Shown: piece by piece, positions 20,091-30,555 of the stretch
Layout: each line of letters opens with the position of its first letter
Position numbering within the stretch: the stretch's first letter is position 1
Origin: Candidatus Latescibacterota bacterium
GTDB taxonomy: Bacteria > Latescibacterota > UBA2968 > UBA8231
Direction of reading: 5' to 3'
Assembly: GCA_963422735.1 (NCBI GenBank)
Contig: OY730476.1
Span: 2,080,001 to 2,144,000, forward strand
Length of the DNA: 64,000 nucleotides
The notes under the pieces: model-generated
Seen by the model: the letters and a program-made list of their open reading frames with translations, nothing else
What the model was told of the DNA's origin: nothing
Database searches by the model: none
Program-made: the position numbers and the translations under genes

Positions 20091-21170
20091 CGCTTCGCCA
20101 ATAAAATCGCGCCGCCACCCGCGCAGGAGGCGGTGATCCTCTGCCGTGGCAGCGACCGCGTCTATGACTAGGTTGCGCACTTCGGCGCGGGCCGCGACAA
20201 AGGGCGCGTCGATCCGCGCGGCGTCGCTTTGCCAGCGCAAGTAATTCATGGATTGGGCGAGTTTGCGTTCGACGACCTCCTTGTCGAGGTGCGGTCGGCG
20301 CGGTCGGGGTGGGCACTCCTCGTTGGGGACGGCCAAGCCGCGGCGAATCTGTTCGAGGATGCAGCGATCGTAGCGGTGCTTGCCGAGCACGCGGAGCCGG
20401 CCCAGTTCCTCCAGTGACTGGGGCTTGCGCCGGGCTAGGAGCACGAGGGTTTCGTCCGTCAGTACGCGATTGCGCGGCTGGTCGCGTCGCTGGGCTTCCT
20501 CTTCGCGCCAAGCGGCCAACTCGCGGAGGATGGCCAACTCGCGCGAGGAAGCGCGGCCCATGCCCTTGACCCGCGTGAATTGCTCGCGTGGGTCTCGCTC
20601 CTCGTATAGCCGCGGGTCGTCGTACGCGGCCATCTCCTCTACCAGCCAGGTGCTGCGACCAATTTCCTCGACGCGCGCCCGCAACACATCGCGCACTTCG
20701 TGCAGATAGCGCACGTCTTCAATAGCGTAAGCTAGCTGACTCTCGGAGAGCGGGCGGCGGACCCAGTTGGTGAGCGTCTCGGTCTTGTCGAGGACCGCGC
20801 CGAGGGTTTGCTCTAAGAGATCGGCCAGCGAGGTGGTAGAGCTCATATTGGCAAGCCCGGCCGCGCAGCGGGTGTCGAAGACGTTGCGCGGAGAAGCACC
20901 CGTGACCCGGCGCAGAATAGCCAAATCTTGTTGGGCGTCGTGGAGAATCAGTTCGACCGCCGCGTGCTCTAACAGAGCACCAAGGGGCGAGAGATCCGCA
21001 ATCGCCACCGGGTCAATCAGGTGGCAATCGTCGCTGGCGAGGGCCAATTGGATGACGCCTAATTGGGGATAATAGGTGCGGTTCCAAACAAATTCAGTGT
21101 CTAGGGCAACGCGCTCGCAGTCTAAGGCGCGCTCGACGAGTTCGGCAAGTGCCTGTGCGGTATGGATCAT
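20061..21170 (-). CDS. rnd: Ribonuclease D
   Basis: VALDTEF, YYPQLGVIQL, LHDAQQDL, FDT, W.RRPLS..QL.YA.EDV, HRDC domain, LLRGWRR. Confidence 0.93.
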   Translation of the reverse strand: MIHTAQALAELVERALDCERVALDTEFVWNRTYYPQLGVIQLALASDDCHLIDPVAIADLSPLGALLEHAAVELILHDAQQDLAILRRVTGASPRNVFDTRCAAGLANMSSTTSLADLLEQTLGAVLDKTETLTNWVRRPLSESQLAYAIEDVRYLHEVRDVLRARVEEIGRSTWLVEEMAAYDDPRLYEERDPREQFTRVKGMGRASSRELAILRELAAWREEEAQRRDQPRNRVLTDETLVLLARRKPQSLEELGRLRVLGKHRYDRCILEQIRRGLAVPNEECPPRPRRPHLDKEVVERKLAQSMNYLRWQSDAARIDAPFVAARAEVRNLVIDAVAATAEDHRLLRGWRRDFIGEALHSIAICPE

Positions 21171-21241
21171 GCGTCTGAGGGCATCTTAAGAAGTGGGAAT
21201 TAAAGCAAAAATTAGCAACATAAGATGATAAGACGAGGGCT

Positions 21242-22543
21242 TTAAGATGACAAGATCCAGAAACGGCGCACGGGGGTTTGTTCCCGGTAGCCGGCCAGCC
21301 GAGTGCTGAGGAGCCAAGCCGCGGCAAATGCGAGCTGGACCGCACACAAATAAAAGAGCGGTCCCCGAGGACCTGCCAGCGCAGCAGACCATTGGAAACA
21401 GGCCCCACCCGCGATGCCGCCGACAAAACCGCCTAGTGCCGAGGCATATATTGCAAGGGAGAATCCCTCTGCTTGGTACTCTTTGGAAACAGTGTCGAGC
21501 ATTGCCCGCGACTGCCCCATCTGGTGGCCGCCGTCCAGCGCACCCCAGAGCAGATAGACGACCCCCGCCCAAAGTGCGATCCACGGGAGTCCCGTAGGCA
21601 GGAAGAGCCAAGTGGGGGCCATGGCCGCTTGCAGTAGCAGGGTGATAGTCAGCGCGCCCCGACTGCCGTGCCGATCTACCATCCGACCCCAGCCATGCAG
21701 TCCGACCACATAGCCGAGGGCTTGTACTGGCGTCATCCAGACGAAGTAACTAACGGGCAGCCCCCAATCTGTCAGCGCCACGACCCATAGCGGAAAGGTC
21801 GCAGCTAGCACAGCAGTGCGGGCCATAACAAAGAGCGTATATGCGCGCATCTGGGGTGCGGCTAGCGCTTGGCGCAAGCGGTGGAATAGACCCTCTCCGG
21901 GCGGAGACAGGGATCGCTCAGCTACTCCGCGCACCAATAAGGCCCCGCCGCAAGTGGAAAAAACCGCTAGAGCAAAGAGGGGGCCGAAGTCGCCTGCCAT
22001 GGGCTGAGAGCCGAGGTACCAGCCTATCAGGATGGGCAAGACGAGTTCGAGAAGGCGCTGATGAAGGCGCATACGCGTGAGAAAGGCACCGACTCCACCG
22101 CTAGAGGTATTGTCTTGGACTAGGGGCCACCAAGCGGTGTTGCCCGCTTGTTGTATGAGACCGCGCACGCTAAACAGGGCTAGCCCGATCCAAGCGGCCC
22201 AAGCCCCATCCGCGCCGTAGAACGCCAACAGCGCCAGCGCCAGCCCAGCCGGTAATGAGCAGAGTCTCCCCCAAAAGAAAAGCCCAGCCTTCCCAGTGCG
22301 ATGCATTAGCTGCAACCCGAAGACGCGTCCCATCTTCTGGAGGTACTCGCTGGTGGCGACTAGGCCGATGAGAAAAGGCGAAGCATTGAGAGAGAGTAGA
22401 AAGAGAGGGACGAGAGAAGTGAGAAGGGCGTTGTTGATCGAGCCGCTAACGGCGCTGCCGATCAGCCGCGACTGGCTGCGGCGACTAGCTGCTGGAGAAA
22501 GTCTGTGATCGGGATTTGCTATGTCGCTTGGGGTGTCGGTCAT
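21242..22543 (-). CDS. MFS transporter
   Basis: About 12 hydrophobic segments; WGRMVDRHGSR motif A. Confidence 0.8.
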   Translation of the reverse strand: MTDTPSDIANPDHRLSPAASRRSQSRLIGSAVSGSINNALLTSLVPLFLLSLNASPFLIGLVATSEYLQKMGRVFGLQLMHRTGKAGLFFWGRLCSLPAGLALALLAFYGADGAWAAWIGLALFSVRGLIQQAGNTAWWPLVQDNTSSGGVGAFLTRMRLHQRLLELVLPILIGWYLGSQPMAGDFGPLFALAVFSTCGGALLVRGVAERSLSPPGEGLFHRLRQALAAPQMRAYTLFVMARTAVLAATFPLWVVALTDWGLPVSYFVWMTPVQALGYVVGLHGWGRMVDRHGSRGALTITLLLQAAMAPTWLFLPTGLPWIALWAGVVYLLWGALDGGHQMGQSRAMLDTVSKEYQAEGFSLAIYASALGGFVGGIAGGACFQWSAALAGPRGPLFYLCAVQLAFAAAWLLSTRLAGYREQTPVRRFWILSS

Positions 22544-22643
22544 AAAAAAAGAAAAGACCGACAGCACATCTGGGCAAATGAGCCAATGCGCTACAGGCGG
22601 CTTCTCTTATCGCACGTGCATCAGCGCACTGAACGGGTGCTGC

Positions 22644-23907
22644 TCAACACCACTTGTGCGGCCTAAACGCAGCCTTTTCCCCGGGCGTCGGCGAGTGGTC
22701 GAAGGCGCCGCGTTGAATCACCGCAGCAGCTCCGCCCACCGCTTCAACTTTTGCCCGCTGGCTAGCATGGGCCTGCTCGTCAATCGCTTCCGGGTCGAGC
22801 AAGGTGTGCAATTCTCTTTCGCAATCGCGCAACAAGCCTTGGTGCTCTGGCATACCGGACAAGTCGTTTAGCTCGTCGGGATCTTCCGCCAAGTCAAAAA
22901 GCTGCGGCGTCGCGCCGACATAGTAATTGTACTTGTAGCGGTTGCGGCGCAGCATGTAGGTCCCGTGCTCGGTACCCAGCGCGTGATACTCGCTGAAGAC
23001 GGTGCGCTCGCGATTTTCCTCTTGTGCAATCTGCCACAGCGAGCGGCCGGGCAAGTCTTCATCGATCAATTCAGCCCCCACGCACTCGAGAGCGGTTGGA
23101 AAACAATCCACCAGCGAAACAGGCGTCTGCACCACCTTCCCCTCCGGCACGTCAGGCCCAGCCACGATCATCGGCACAGCCGCCGCCTCGTCGTAGAGCG
23201 TAAACTTGCCGAAGATGCCGCGGGCTCCAAGGCATTCGCCGTGATCGGAAGTATAAAGTACGCGAGTGGAACCTGTCAGGCCGAACTCGTCGAGCGCACC
23301 GAATACGCGGCCAATCTGCTGGTCGAGATAGGTCGTGGTTCCATAGTACGCGGCTGTGACGCGCTGCACCGTTTCTTCGCTGTGCCCTTGGTCGAAGCGG
23401 AAAGCGCAAGGCGTGTTCGGTGCAACGGGCGTCGTACTGCAAGTAGGTAGAGCCGCCTGCGCCCGCCCGCCCAAGCTCGTCGTGCTTGTCGCGCAAGGGC
23501 GGGCGATCGCGGATGCAGCCGAGTACATCGCCGACGCCATCGACTACGTGCAACGGCTCTATTTCCTTGCTAAATCCGTGGTCTGCGCCTTGTCCCTTGA
23601 AGTGCAACTTGCCGATTGAGTCGCAGCAGACCCCCTGTTCGCGCAAACATTGATGCCAGGAGACAGGCGTCCCGCCATAGGGATGCCCGTTGTCCCAGTA
23701 GCCGATCTGATGCACGTAGCGGCCGGTGGCCAGCGCTGCGCGAGCGGGGACGCAGATTGGGCAGTTGGTGTAGGCGTTCTGGAAGCGAGTGCCGCGTGCA
23801 GCTAAGGCGTCCAGATAGGGCGTCTGCACCAGCGGATGCCCGTAGCAGCCGCTGGCGAGCCGGTGGTGCTGGTCGGATAAAATGAACAGAAAATTGGGTG
23901 ACTTCAC
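22644..23907 (-). pseudogene. Choline-sulfatase-like sulfatase with internal deletion and frameshift
   Basis: N-part (KSPNFLFILSDQH...CVPARAAL...GKLH) and C-part (AYYG...SDHGE...GKF) are in different frames. Junction near 23400 lacks the F.SF..PH.P segment. Confidence 0.85.
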
Positions 23908-25388
23908 GGCGCACCCACGACTTTGTCTGCGCCGATCTGGGGCGGCGCGGGAGAGTGCAGCCCGCGTTGGCCAGAGAGGCTGCGGTTGGGACGGGGTGCC
24001 CATTGCTGGTCGGGCAAGCCGACGAGTTGGTCCTCTTTGACATAGGCTTCGTCGCCCCCGTAGAGTTCGCCGACGAGTCGCTTGCTGAGCTGGGCTTGTA
24101 TTGCGGCGTGGTCAGGTGATCCGGCTAGATCGTTCAACTCACAGGGATCGCTTTCGAGGTCGAAGAGCTGGACGCGGTTGCCCACTGGATAGTAGATCAG
24201 CTTGTGTCGCCCCGTACGGATCATGCGGGTGGCATTCGGCCCTTCGCCGCATTCGCCATACAGATAAGTGCGCCGTTCCTCGCCAACCATCGATAACCCT
24301 TCGACTGCATCTGGGATGTCGATGCTCGCTAGGTCGAGTACGGTCGGCATGACGTCCTGCCAGCCGACGAGACGGTCATCAACAGTATGGTGAGGCACTC
24401 GTTTGTCCCGGCCGCCGAGCAAGATCATCGGCACGTTGGCTGACGTTTCATAATAGAGCCGCTTAGCCCAGAGGCCGTGGTTGCCGAGCATATCGCCGTG
24501 GTCTGCCGTGAAGCAAATAATGGTATGATCGAGCAACCCCTCCTCGCGCAGGGTGCCTATGACCACGCGAAGCTGGTGGTCAATATGGGTGCAGAGCGCG
24601 TAGAAGGCGCAGCGAATTCGCAGAATTTCCGTCCCCTTGAGGTGGGCGTTGGCACCCTGAATGACTTTGAGCGCATAGGGCAGATCATCGAAATCGCGTG
24701 CCCAAGCACCGTGGTAAGGCGCGTCAATCTCAATATCGCGGTAGATGTCGAGATAGCTCTGCAAGGGTACCAGCGGCGGGTGCGGGTGGCGAAAGGAAAG
24801 ATACCAAAAGCCGGGCTTGGCAGGGTTACGCCGCTTAAGCATCCGGCTCATCTGGTGCGCCGCCCAGCAGGTGGGGTGGCAGTCCTCGGGCAAGTGATAA
24901 GGGCGGAAGGAGTATTCGTTGTTGCTCATGCCGTGGGCGAAGCCTAAGCCCGGATGGCCTTTGTCCGCAAGGAAGAGATCGTAGTCGTCAACAGCCCCTA
25001 AGTGCGGTCGGCCCTCTTCGTCGAGAAGCACATCGTCGAAACCAATACGGTCGCGTTGGGGAAAGACATGGAGCTTGCCAACGGCGTACGCTTGGTAGCC
25101 CGAGTCGCGGAAGGTTTGCGCTATAGTCGGCAAGTCGGGCATGGGGGCGGTTGTTTTGAAGACCCGGTCGCCGTGGGTGCGCGGCGAAGTACCCGTCATC
25201 AGGGTGCGACGGGCGGGAATGCAGACCGGGCATTCGCTATAGGCGTTGACAAAGCGGGTACCGCTGCGGGCTAAAGAATCGAGAGTGGGGGTGAGGATGG
25301 CGGAATGGTTGGCTTCGCCCAAGAGGGAAGCGGGCCAATGGTCGGTAGTAATCAGGAGGACATGCGGTCTATCGTTTGCCATCGGCAT
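23904..25388 (-). CDS. Sulfatase
   Basis: RPHVLLITTDH, CIPARRTLMTG (CxPxR), GKLH, HPHPP, ADHGD. Confidence 0.92.
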   Translation of the reverse strand: MPMANDRPHVLLITTDHWPASLLGEANHSAILTPTLDSLARSGTRFVNAYSECPVCIPARRTLMTGTSPRTHGDRVFKTTAPMPDLPTIAQTFRDSGYQAYAVGKLHVFPQRDRIGFDDVLLDEEGRPHLGAVDDYDLFLADKGHPGLGFAHGMSNNEYSFRPYHLPEDCHPTCWAAHQMSRMLKRRNPAKPGFWYLSFRHPHPPLVPLQSYLDIYRDIEIDAPYHGAWARDFDDLPYALKVIQGANAHLKGTEILRIRCAFYALCTHIDHQLRVVIGTLREEGLLDHTIICFTADHGDMLGNHGLWAKRLYYETSANVPMILLGGRDKRVPHHTVDDRLVGWQDVMPTVLDLASIDIPDAVEGLSMVGEERRTYLYGECGEGPNATRMIRTGRHKLIYYPVGNRVQLFDLESDPCELNDLAGSPDHAAIQAQLSKRLVGELYGGDEAYVKEDQLVGLPDQQWAPRPNRSLSGQRGLHSPAPPQIGADKVVGAP

Positions 25389-25515
25389 CTCTTATTTCTG
25401 CAGCAAAGACCCGACCTCTCAGATGCGCGGGCAGCGGGCCTAGCCTGCGGTTGATATCCACGCCTGCTTCTGCAGGACAGAGCGCGGTGAAGCCCGTAAA
25501 TCTGCGCCAGGAGGC

Positions 25516-26376
25516 TCAGGCCACCTCGTAGTCGCGCTCGGGTCGAGTCGGGTTGCCCCAGTGGCCGGCCGGATCGGCGGCGTTGATCAGCACGCCCTCT
25601 TTCTCCCAAGAGTAGCCGGGGATCGCACGCACATCGGGGGTGCAGTAGCGCAGAGTTAGCCCGCAGCGTCGGCGCTCCGATTCGTTGTAGTGCGAGCTGT
25701 GCAAAAGTAAGTCCGAGTGGATCGAGACTTCACCAGCCTTGAGCTCGACATCGACGATCTCGCCGTAGCGCTCCACATCGTCCACCGTCTGATTGAGGAC
25801 GTTATTTTCGGAGGCGTCGCTCGGGCGGAATTCGAGCTGGCCGTAGCGGTGCGAGCCGGAGACGAAGCGCATACAGCCATTGTCAATGTCGGCGTTGTCA
25901 ACAGCCAGCCAGACGGTCACTGTTTTTGAGGGAGTTAGCGGCCAGTAGCTGGCGTCTTGGTGCCAGGAGACGGTGGTGCTGTCCTTGGGCATCTTGCAGA
26001 AGTAGTGCGAGGCCAAGCCGACCAGTTCGGGGCCGAGGAGATCGTGGATGTAGGCGAGGATCCTAGGATGGTGCATGAGGTCATAGACCTTGGCGAACTT
26101 GAGATGTGCCGAGCTAAGGGTGAAGCTGCCATGGCCGGCGGCTAGGACCTTTCTTAGCTGCTCGTCGAAGAAGGCGCGATGCTCGGCGAGCTCGGCGTCG
26201 TCGAAAATTTGAATGCCCTTGAGGTAGCCGTCTCGGTTGAAAGCGGCGACCTGTTCGGTCGGGAGGGTGGTGGGGTCATCGACTGTGCTGGGGTAGAAGT
26301 GCAAGTCGCGGTCCATTTCGCGCAACTCGTCGTGAGTCGGCACAGCCTTGAAGGCGTAGTCAATCTGGTCTGTCAT
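25516..26376 (-). CDS. Phytanoyl-CoA dioxygenase (PhyH) family Fe(II)/2OG oxygenase
   Basis: F.RDGY, WHQDASYW, NGCM.F..GSH, LLHSS, RR. Confidence 0.92.
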   Translation of the reverse strand: MTDQIDYAFKAVPTHDELREMDRDLHFYPSTVDDPTTLPTEQVAAFNRDGYLKGIQIFDDAELAEHRAFFDEQLRKVLAAGHGSFTLSSAHLKFAKVYDLMHHPRILAYIHDLLGPELVGLASHYFCKMPKDSTTVSWHQDASYWPLTPSKTVTVWLAVDNADIDNGCMRFVSGSHRYGQLEFRPSDASENNVLNQTVDDVERYGEIVDVELKAGEVSIHSDLLLHSSHYNESERRRCGLTLRYCTPDVRAIPGYSWEKEGVLINAADPAGHWGNPTRPERDYEVA

Positions 26377-26436
26377 GGCGTCATTCTCCCGGCATACGGT
26401 ATCAGAAATAAAACGCAATGTGCTCCTTGTCTCAAG

Positions 26437-26522
26437 GATCAGCGGCCAGTAACCAGTCCCAACCCGCCTCCTTCGGAGCGGCGGTGGGGGGACTAACCAC
26501 TAATCGCTGACCACTGGCCACT
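26437..26522. repeat. Heptamer-arm palindromic intergenic element
   Basis: Imperfectly complementary arms (CAGCGGCCAGTAACCAGTCCC / GGGACTAACCACTAATCGCTGACCACTGGCCA) around a CTCC-TTCG-GAG hairpin. Confidence 0.65.
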
Positions 26523-26533
26523 CGATTGCCTCT

Positions 26534-27592
26534 TCATCGGCCCATCAGTTCCTCATAGATCCCACCTGCCTTGGCTTGGATATTTTCGCCGCTAAAAGGA
26601 TAGAGAAACCCCCAGAACAGCGCCCCGACTAACATCAAACCCAGATAGAATAGCAAGATGCGGCGGCCCCAGACCGCCCCAAGCATAGTCAGGGTGGAAA
26701 ACTTGGTGGCCGGACCGGCAATGAAAAAGCCCAGAGCCGCCCCCGGACTCATGCCCATCTGCATCATGCTCTCGACAATGGGAATGCTGCCGCCGCCGCA
26801 GGCGTAGAGCGGCACCCCCAAGGCTACAGCCATGGGCACGGCCCAGACGCTGCCGGGGCCGACCAGTGCCAGTACCAGCTCTTGGGACAGAAAGGTCTTT
26901 ACCAAGGCGGCGATGAAGATCCCCAGGCCGAAGAATTTGGCGATGAAGAGTACATCGCCGCGGAAGCGCTGCGCCAGAATCCTGACTTCAGACAGGGACT
27001 GGGAAGAGTCGCCTATGGCCGGAGATGCCTCCGGAGGGGTTGCTGTGCGGACTGCGAACGTTAGACGATGGCGCAGAGCGGACTGCGCTACAAAACCGGC
27101 CAAAAGCCCCACGCTAGCCGCCGTGACCAGCCGGGCTATGGCCATTTCCATCCCGATAGTCCCAGCGGTGTACGCGAACAAGGAGGGGTTCATCAGGGGT
27201 GAGGCCACGACAAAGGCCACTAAGGGCGCAGCCGGTACACCCATATTTATTAGGCGGCCGGCCACGGGAATGGCGGCAAAAGTGCATAGAGGCGAGATCA
27301 GAGCCAGCAGGGTAGATGCCACAATAGAGCCGTTGGCCCGCTGCTGGAGAGTCTGGCGGATCCGGGCCTTAGGTAAGTAGCGCCAAGCTAGGGTGCTAAA
27401 CAGGGCACCTAGCACCACAAAGTACCAGAGCTGAGCCGCCAGATCCCAGAAACTGGTTAGGACGCGCAGCGTATAGGTATTCCGCAGATAATGCTCTGCA
27501 ATGCTGGCGGCCTGCCAGAGCGGTTGCGTCAGGGCGTGGTAAAGGGTCTGAATCCTTTCCACGCCTGAAGGCGCGGTGAAGCCCACGCTCAA
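26534..27592 (-). CDS. ArsP/DUF318-family permease
   Basis: Two repeats with SPLCTFAAIP and PLYACGGGSIP; ASPLMNP; FFIAGPAT; overlaps the upstream stop. Confidence 0.85.
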   Translation of the reverse strand: MSVGFTAPSGVERIQTLYHALTQPLWQAASIAEHYLRNTYTLRVLTSFWDLAAQLWYFVVLGALFSTLAWRYLPKARIRQTLQQRANGSIVASTLLALISPLCTFAAIPVAGRLINMGVPAAPLVAFVVASPLMNPSLFAYTAGTIGMEMAIARLVTAASVGLLAGFVAQSALRHRLTFAVRTATPPEASPAIGDSSQSLSEVRILAQRFRGDVLFIAKFFGLGIFIAALVKTFLSQELVLALVGPGSVWAVPMAVALGVPLYACGGGSIPIVESMMQMGMSPGAALGFFIAGPATKFSTLTMLGAVWGRRILLFYLGLMLVGALFWGFLYPFSGENIQAKAGGIYEELMGR

Positions 27593-29733
27593 CGGACCAA
27601 GGCCATGGGTCGGGCCTTGCGCAGATCATCGGCCTTGAGGACGGCGAAGTAGATTCCGCTGGCCACATTGAAGCCCGAGGCATTGCGTGCGTCCCACATC
27701 ACCTCGTGATAGCCTGAAGCTATCTCTCCTTCCACCAAGGTGCAGATCCACTGGCCCGCCGCATTGTAGATATCCAGCTTGGCAGGTCCTACTTGGGGCA
27801 GGGCAAAGCGGATGCGAGTGATTGGATTGAATGGATTCGGGTAGTTCTCCAGCAGTGCCGATGCTTCCGGTAGAGGCTGGCTGGTCGCCGACTCTGCCAC
27901 GGCCGTGGGAACCTCGCCCGGCAGCAGGAATTCAATGCCGGGCAGGCGGTCTCCGTCTTGGTCCACCAAGTGTGCAGCCAGCATGGTATTCCCGGCAGAG
28001 CTCCCGATCTTGAAGAGCAGTCTGTTTTCCCCTTGTACTAGGTGAATCGGAACTTGCAAGTCGGCCAGCCGGAAATTGCGCCGGGAGAGATCCTCGTAGA
28101 TCACTTCGCCATTCAGCCAGACCTTGGCGAAGTCGTTGTAGCCGAGCCACAGGAAACCCTCCTGCGCCCGCTGTGCCTGCACTAGGGTGAAGGCGTAGTT
28201 GGCAATGTCTTGGCCCCTGCCATTGAGATCGCCCAGCGGCAGAATTTCAGCGGTGTAACCAAGGTGCTCCACCTGTGTCCACACCACATCACCGGCCGGC
28301 TCGCCCTCTAGGGGGTATAGCTGAGATTCGTTTGGCAGGAGTTCGGAGTTGATATCGCTGCTGTTCGGAAACGGGCCAGCGACGAGCCAGCGCCGGATGC
28401 CGCGCCCGTAGAACGCGCCCCTGCGATTGCCACCACGAGATTTGACGAAGTTGCGCTGCACGCTATCGGGCGCACGCCCCTCCACTTGGATTCGGTTTAG
28501 ATCGAAGGTTCCAAAGCCCTTGGTCGCTGCTAGATAGAGATGCTCCAAGTCGAGTGGATTGAATCCCATGACCACGTTGGCCACAGCTTCGGTAGCCAAC
28601 GGATCGCCACCGGCCACCACCGCGTTGTGCTGGACGTTCTGCCCCCACTGCGGCCCGTCGCCTTCGGTGCCCCAGAATCCCTCAATGACGGTATAGGCCG
28701 CCGGGTTGTAGGAGAACAGATCCACGTACCCGTGCTCGGGGTTGTTCTGGTAGTGCTGGCGCTTGGAGGTGCCATCGCCGTAGGCTCCCGATGCTAAGGT
28801 CCCAACGTAGTTCTTAATGCCTAAGGTAGTGCCGTAGATGGTGGTCTTCATGGCGGCGATGGAAATTACTTTGTCGGCGTCTAGGATCGGTTCGGGCATG
28901 AAGTAGCCTTCCTTGCGAAAGCTGCCGGTGCCCTCCACGTGGAAGCCGAACTGGGCACCAAGATACCGCAGGCGCGTCACCCCCAAGCGTTGAATAGCTC
29001 CGCCCGGAACCGGCTCAAGGCGAAAGGGAGCGTAGTTGAGATCAGAGGTATCCACCACGGTGGAGACCCCCATGGCGGCGAATTCTTCTAGAATCTTGAT
29101 GTACGAGAGATGGCCGAATTCGGGATAGGTCGCGGACCAGCCATCTTCTTCTGCATTGGTGGGAAAGCCAGGCTCGCCTTTGCGTGGAGATTCGGCCCCG
29201 CCCTCGGCAATGGTGATGCGCCGCGGTCCCACTTGCTCTATGAGGTAGTCAATCACACTCTTCACCACCCGCAAATCCGCGATTTGGCCTGGGTGTTCAA
29301 TGCCATCACTGTAATATGCCGAGGTGGGATTTCCTCTGTTGGTCACAATGTTGACTTTGACGACGACCCAGTCGCTCGGCTCGACGACGGCGCGAATGGA
29401 GCGCTCCGATTGGTCTAGGTCCAGAGCGCGGCGGACGATAGCGTCCACCTGAGCGAAGCTTAAGGAGGCATTTAGGGCAGCCGGCTCGGCTAGCTCCTGG
29501 TCGCTTGAAGTGGCGACCGCCACGGTCGGATTGCCTTCGCCCAAGGTGAGGGTGCCGGGGCGTAGGAGGGGCAGGCCTTCTACCTGCAAGGGCTCTTGGG
29601 CTTGCTGCACCGATCCTGCCATCCCAACGAAAAAGGTCTGCGCTTGGTGGGAGTAGATGTCCCAGCCGATCAGAGTGCCGATCAGCAGGAGTAGAGCCAA
29701 ATTTGCAAATTTGCGTTTTGTCATTTGAGGCAT
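27589..29733 (-). CDS. Secreted DUF362-domain protein with C-terminal T9SS/FlgD-like sorting domain
   Basis: N-terminal hydrophobic signal; VVVKVN, IAEG, ADKVISIA.MKT...T.GIKNYVG, EG.GP, D..A.E; beta domain (KVWLNG...NRLLFK); tail LLENYPNPFNP...WDARNASG...ASGIYF. Confidence 0.8.
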   Translation of the reverse strand: MPQMTKRKFANLALLLLIGTLIGWDIYSHQAQTFFVGMAGSVQQAQEPLQVEGLPLLRPGTLTLGEGNPTVAVATSSDQELAEPAALNASLSFAQVDAIVRRALDLDQSERSIRAVVEPSDWVVVKVNIVTNRGNPTSAYYSDGIEHPGQIADLRVVKSVIDYLIEQVGPRRITIAEGGAESPRKGEPGFPTNAEEDGWSATYPEFGHLSYIKILEEFAAMGVSTVVDTSDLNYAPFRLEPVPGGAIQRLGVTRLRYLGAQFGFHVEGTGSFRKEGYFMPEPILDADKVISIAAMKTTIYGTTLGIKNYVGTLASGAYGDGTSKRQHYQNNPEHGYVDLFSYNPAAYTVIEGFWGTEGDGPQWGQNVQHNAVVAGGDPLATEAVANVVMGFNPLDLEHLYLAATKGFGTFDLNRIQVEGRAPDSVQRNFVKSRGGNRRGAFYGRGIRRWLVAGPFPNSSDINSELLPNESQLYPLEGEPAGDVVWTQVEHLGYTAEILPLGDLNGRGQDIANYAFTLVQAQRAQEGFLWLGYNDFAKVWLNGEVIYEDLSRRNFRLADLQVPIHLVQGENRLLFKIGSSAGNTMLAAHLVDQDGDRLPGIEFLLPGEVPTAVAESATSQPLPEASALLENYPNPFNPITRIRFALPQVGPAKLDIYNAAGQWICTLVEGEIASGYHEVMWDARNASGFNVASGIYFAVLKADDLRKARPMALVR

Positions 29734-29818
29734 GACCAACTCTCCCGTATTTGAGGTCGGTACTACGCGCAATCGGAGGATGTCTGCGCGGTCCTGAGAT
29801 TTATTGAAGTTTATATAG

Positions 29819-30382
29819 TTACGGTATTTGGTGCAGTACTGAAAGCACTCCTTGGCCTGTCTTGATTTTCCCCCAACTCAACCTCTCGATTGCGGTAGCG
29901 TCTAGACTATGCACGTAAATCTCCACCTCGTAGAAGACCGTAGGGCCCATCGTCCATAGCTCAAGGTTGTCGGCCATAGTGGCAGGAGGGAAATAGATCT
30001 CGATCCACTGGTCCACTGCCCGCGCATTCTCTTCGATCAGGGCAGTTTGCATCCCTTCGGGTTCGCGCAAGGTGCCGGTCTCGTCTAAGCACCCGCCTAG
30101 ATAGGTGCGAATCTGGTAGTTGTTGCCGATGGCACCGACATAGATCCGCAATTTCTCCAGTTGTAGCGGCTCCTCCCAGGCAAATACCAAAATCCCCTTA
30201 GTCGTCCAAATAAAGGGCAGGGCATCGGCATCTTGGGGAACCTTGCTGTCTCCTAGAACGCCGAGGTCGCCCTCGTGGGAATTCCAGATCGTAGCCCGGG
30301 TCACGGCGTCGGGTGTGATGTTGCGGCTGGCGGCACCCCAAAAAAAGAAGATCGCAAAAATTGATGGTATGACTATTCTCAT
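29819..30382 (-). CDS. Secreted hypothetical protein with DAVTRAT motif and C-terminal SWGKIK tail
   Basis: Signal peptide MRIVIPSIFAIFFFWGAA; ITPDAVTRAT; ATAIERLSWGKIK. Confidence 0.7.
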   Translation of the reverse strand: MRIVIPSIFAIFFFWGAASRNITPDAVTRATIWNSHEGDLGVLGDSKVPQDADALPFIWTTKGILVFAWEEPLQLEKLRIYVGAIGNNYQIRTYLGGCLDETGTLREPEGMQTALIEENARAVDQWIEIYFPPATMADNLELWTMGPTVFYEVEIYVHSLDATAIERLSWGKIKTGQGVLSVLHQIP

Positions 30383-30506
30383 GCGGACAGCCCATTCCAA
30401 GGCAGACCATACAGGACTCGACGATTTTCGATTCTCATATCTAATGAAGATGGCGCGGGACGGCATGTAGTGAAAGACCCCTTCCTCGTAGTAAGCGCAA
30501 GTGAGG

Positions 30507-30535
30507 TTGCGAGCGGGTCCACCTAAGTATATCTT
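30507..30535 (+). promoter_or_regulatory. Sigma70 promoter for cupin-doxX
   Basis: TTGCGA-17 bp-TATCTT followed by AGGAGG RBS and ATG 30556. Confidence 0.55.
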
Positions 30536-30555
30536 GGGCGCAAAAGGAGGGGATT

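Noticed and set aside
26534-30382. Selenoprotein or stop-codon readthrough in the permease/DUF362 module
   Set aside because: The ORFs are uninterrupted, with no in-frame TGA at Cys-equivalent positions.
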